Sequence record: MN158206.1
Direction: 5' to 3' (one strand)
Origin: Escherichia phage BEK2
DNA length: 46,880 bases
The position numbers and the translations under genes are program-made. This document shows, piece after piece, positions 44,856-46,880 of this stretch. The number at the start of each line of letters is the position of its first letter. Position 1 is the stretch's first letter. Under the pieces are notes generated by a model. The model was not told the origin of the DNA. It did not search any database and saw only the letters and a program-made list of their open reading frames with translations.

Positions 44856-44895
44856 CACTAATTGCTAAAACAGTATTGGGGTAATTTGTTATAGT
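44853..44895 (+). promoter_or_regulatory. composite early-type promoter (TAGCACTAATTGCTA + -10 TGtTATAGT)
   Basis: box 44853-44867, -10 44890-44895, leader 'ccccATCGAAACGAACGAGG'. Confidence 0.6.
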
Positions 44896-44925
44896 TACCC
44901 CATCGAAACGAACGAGGAAGCAGAA

Positions 44926-45105
44926 ATGAAATTCCAACAAGGCGACCCCAAGCTCCAGGCCAACCACTTCGATGGCTACGCAACATTCATCATCGCCCAG
45001 GCATGCGGAATGTGTGAAGAGCCTCAGGTTCACACAATCCACTTAACCGAAGAGCAAGCCCGAGAGCTGGCTTACGAAATTCTAGAGCAATTGAACCGAA
45101 TTTAA
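44926..45105 (+). CDS. hypothetical protein (59 aa)
   Basis: ATG 44926 downstream of promoter/leader; antisense track ORF 44830..45042 rejected. Confidence 0.45.
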   Translation: MKFQQGDPKLQANHFDGYATFIIAQACGMCEEPQVHTIHLTEEQARELAYEILEQLNRI

Positions 45106-45156
45106 CGCGCCTAAAGCGCATTCTAACGAACGATAATTTAAGTAAGGTGATTCATC

Positions 45157-45288
45157 ATGGAAGTACAAGAAAGCCCAGTAGGGTGGTGTAAGAGAATGCA
45201 GGACGAAGCTAAGACTGGTGAAGAGGCAATGGCTTACTACGAACTGGCGCAAATGTGGATGGAACGGGAGAAGAAGAGAAATGACTAA
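45157..45288 (+). CDS. hypothetical small protein (43 aa)
   Basis: AAGGTG RBS. Confidence 0.35.
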   Translation: MEVQESPVGWCKRMQDEAKTGEEAMAYYELAQMWMEREKKRND

Positions 45289-45433
45289 CACTTGTGTATT
45301 TTTTTATGACGGTGAATTTATTGATGACTTAATCTACTTCAATGAAAAGTATGGCGACACATTCGAATGCGACGGCGACAATCTCGAGGTTCTGTCAACT
45401 TTCAATAGGGGTGGAAAAAATGAACTTCACTGA
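45281..45433 (+). CDS. hypothetical small protein (50 aa)
   Basis: internal ATG of track ORF 45218; overlaps neighbours. Confidence 0.35.
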   Translation: MTNTCVFFYDGEFIDDLIYFNEKYGDTFECDGDNLEVLSTFNRGGKNELH

Positions 45434-45572
45434 ATATGTGATTGCATGTGAACGACTGGTTTTCGATATGAAGACTTTCCACTGGTTCATCATTAAGGAT
45501 CTAATTAAGCCTTATAAGCAATGCGTTACGCCAGAGGCATTTATAAAGAACTTCTATAGCACTAAAAGCTAA
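45420..45572 (+). CDS. hypothetical small protein (50 aa)
   Basis: internal ATG of track ORF 45342. Confidence 0.35.
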   Translation: MNFTEYVIACERLVFDMKTFHWFIIKDLIKPYKQCVTPEAFIKNFYSTKS

Positions 45573-45629
45573 ACGCAGTCGCCACGGATGGCATATAATT
45601 ACCATATCAAAACAAAGAGAGATTGAGAT

Positions 45630-45740
45630 ATGACAAGTTATGGTTCTTACACACTTGGTGAGCTATATGACGCTTATTACTCATGGGGTTCAGCATCAGA
45701 ATGCGATGCAGACACAAAGGCAGTAATAATTGAGGATTGA
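45630..45740 (+). CDS. hypothetical small protein (36 aa)
   Basis: RBS-like GAGAGATTGAG upstream. Confidence 0.3.
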   Translation: MTSYGSYTLGELYDAYYSWGSASECDADTKAVIIED

Positions 45741-45743
45741 GAT

Positions 45744-45983
45744 ATGTTCGGACTAAACGAGTCAATGTTCAATGCGGTAAAGCGCCAGGCTAAAAAGCTC
45801 AACGATAAGTATGAGTCATTAAGCAAACTGGAACGCAAGAATGATAAGTTTGTTGCGTGTGTAATCACTGAAGTTTGGGAGCCAGTTTCTACGGTAATCA
45901 GCAGAGATCGCTTTGTCTGGGTAGCTGGTTATTTGCGAGGCCGCGTTGGTCATGACGAGAATGGGGATAGTCTTTATGAGTGA
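45744..45983 (+). CDS. hypothetical protein
   Basis: 79 aa ORF. Confidence 0.5.
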   Translation: MFGLNESMFNAVKRQAKKLNDKYESLSKLERKNDKFVACVITEVWEPVSTVISRDRFVWVAGYLRGRVGHDENGDSLYE

Positions 45984-46040
45984 ATTAACAATCTGGTTTA
46001 TCGCGGGGCTGATTGCTTGGGGTTACTTTATGGTGGTCGC

Positions 46041-46283
46041 ATGAGAACACTTAGGCAGATCTTGAACGGTTGCAAGAAGCATCATTATGTATTTAACAAG
46101 TCTAGAGTGCCCCAGGGTCGTATTGGTTGTGATGAGTACTTTTGCATAAAATGCTTGCACATAATTCACATAAACCATAGGCCATTAAGCTTAAGAAAGC
46201 CTAAGATAGAATCCCTATACGGATACCAGCCGAAAGATAGTGGACATATGTGGGTGATTGGAAAACCGCCAGTTAAACGGTAA
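46041..46283 (+). CDS. hypothetical Cys-containing protein
   Basis: ATG 46041; 'C..C...C' pattern. Confidence 0.45.
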   Translation: MRTLRQILNGCKKHHYVFNKSRVPQGRIGCDEYFCIKCLHIIHINHRPLSLRKPKIESLYGYQPKDSGHMWVIGKPPVKR

Positions 46284-46297
46284 TTGTTAAAAAGAGC

Positions 46298-46326
46298 TTG
46301 CATCACTGACTGGAATTATCTAACAT
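46298..46326 (+). promoter_or_regulatory. sigma70-like promoter upstream of tRNA
   Basis: -35 TTGCAT, 17-bp spacer, -10 TAACAT. Confidence 0.4.
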
Positions 46327-46492
46327 TAACCACGTAGACAAACGAGCCATCCAAGATGGAACGGCGCACGGAGCGCAACTACTAAGTCCGTTGCTCATTA
46401 TGTAGCTCATGCGGCATTAAGACCTAGCGCAAATAGGCATATTAACCGGCTGTATCAGGCAGCCCCGGAGCCGTAACCGGGACTCATTCAAA

Positions 46493-46569
46493 GCTCGAGT
46501 GGCGAAAGTGGATATCGCAAGAGACTTCTAATCTCTAGATTGCTGGTTCGAATCCAGCCTCGGGCGCCA
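46493..46569 (+). tRNA. tRNA-Arg (anticodon UCU)
   Basis: hand-folded cloverleaf: acceptor GCTCGAG/CTCGGGC (one G-U), D-stem GCGA/TCGC with GG in loop, anticodon stem AGAGA/TCTCT, loop CT-TCT-AA, T-arm GCTGG-TTCGAAT-CCAGC, discriminator G, encoded CCA. Confidence 0.8.
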
Positions 46570-46584
46570 ATAAAGGAGTTCATT

Positions 46585-46767
46585 ATGTGGGATGTGAAGT
46601 TGTCCATTCGCTTAATGGGCCGCTCGTGCAAGAATTGCACTCAAGATTATATCGCGTCAGTTGCCGCAATCAGCGCTGAGGATGCGGTAGCGAAAGTAAA
46701 AGAGATGTCAGGCGCTGACCCTGATACTCACAAATTCCTGGTTGCTTACGTTCGTGAGCGAAAGTAA
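46585..46767 (+). CDS. hypothetical protein
   Basis: 60 aa from ATG 46585 with AAGGAG RBS. Confidence 0.45.
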   Translation: MWDVKLSIRLMGRSCKNCTQDYIASVAAISAEDAVAKVKEMSGADPDTHKFLVAYVRERK

Positions 46768-46811
46768 AAAGTGTTATACCCTCGTTAAGTTTCGTTTCTC
46801 TCGTTGTTTTT

Positions 46812-46837
46812 AGCCCTCGCTTGAGGGCTTTTTTTCG
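46812..46837 (+). terminator. intrinsic terminator
   Basis: agccctc-gcttg-agggct + T7. Confidence 0.7.
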
Positions 46838-46846
46838 CCTGCAATA

Positions 46847-46855
46847 TGGTATAAT
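46847..46855 (+). promoter_or_regulatory. extended -10 promoter (TGgTATAAT) for a gene starting beyond window end
   Basis: followed by RBS AAGGAGG at 46871-46877, no start codon inside window. Confidence 0.45.
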
Positions 46856-46880
46856 CTGACCTCAACAAAGGAGGATTAAC

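Noticed and set aside
44830-45042. Minus-strand track ORF 44830..45042
   Set aside because: Antisense to a plus-strand ORF (44926..45105) that has a box promoter, conserved leader and RBS.

Overview
This window reads as a near-complete genome of a virulent, T1-like (Drexlerviridae-type) siphophage; the family assignment is my inference from gene content and order, not a database hit. Coordinates 1-20485 (+) hold the late structural operon: terminase small and large subunits, portal, Mu-F-like head protein, scaffold, major capsid, connector proteins, major tail protein, a G/GT frameshifted chaperone pair, tape measure, and lambda M/L/K/I/J-like tail-tip proteins. The rest is a mosaic of divergent early operons: 20514-23172 (-) lipoprotein, receptor-binding-like protein, methyltransferase, Rha-like regulator; 23781-26319 (+) exonuclease, Erf, SSB; 26380-30932 (-) two tail fibers, primase, HTH protein; 31034-37240 (+) helicase, VRR-NUC, HTH-phosphoesterase, holin/SAR-endolysin/u-spanin; 37266-41633 (-) P-loop ATPase and small ORFs; 42319-46767 (+) kinase, many small ORFs, tRNA-Arg(UCU). 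The strongest signals I found are: (1) about 18 copies of a composite promoter, an inverted repeat TAGCA-N5-TGCTA placed exactly 37 bp upstream of a sigma70-type -10 hexamer and followed by a conserved leader ATCGAAACGAAAC, which also drives three autonomous insertions in the late operon; (2) two iteron-rich, AT-rich divergent control regions (23296-23780 and 41715-42300) that share a ~43-bp block and look like origin/operator regions; (3) an inverted partial duplication giving a 527-aa P-loop ATPase and a 174-aa paralog that keeps only its N- and C-terminal domains; (4) a tail fiber with a C-terminal endonuclease/exonuclease/phosphatase (EEP) domain; (5) a lipoprotein plus receptor-binding-like operon adjacent to the J gene. 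No CRISPR array, integrase or repressor module was found. All functional calls are from motifs I could read in the translations; no searches were run.
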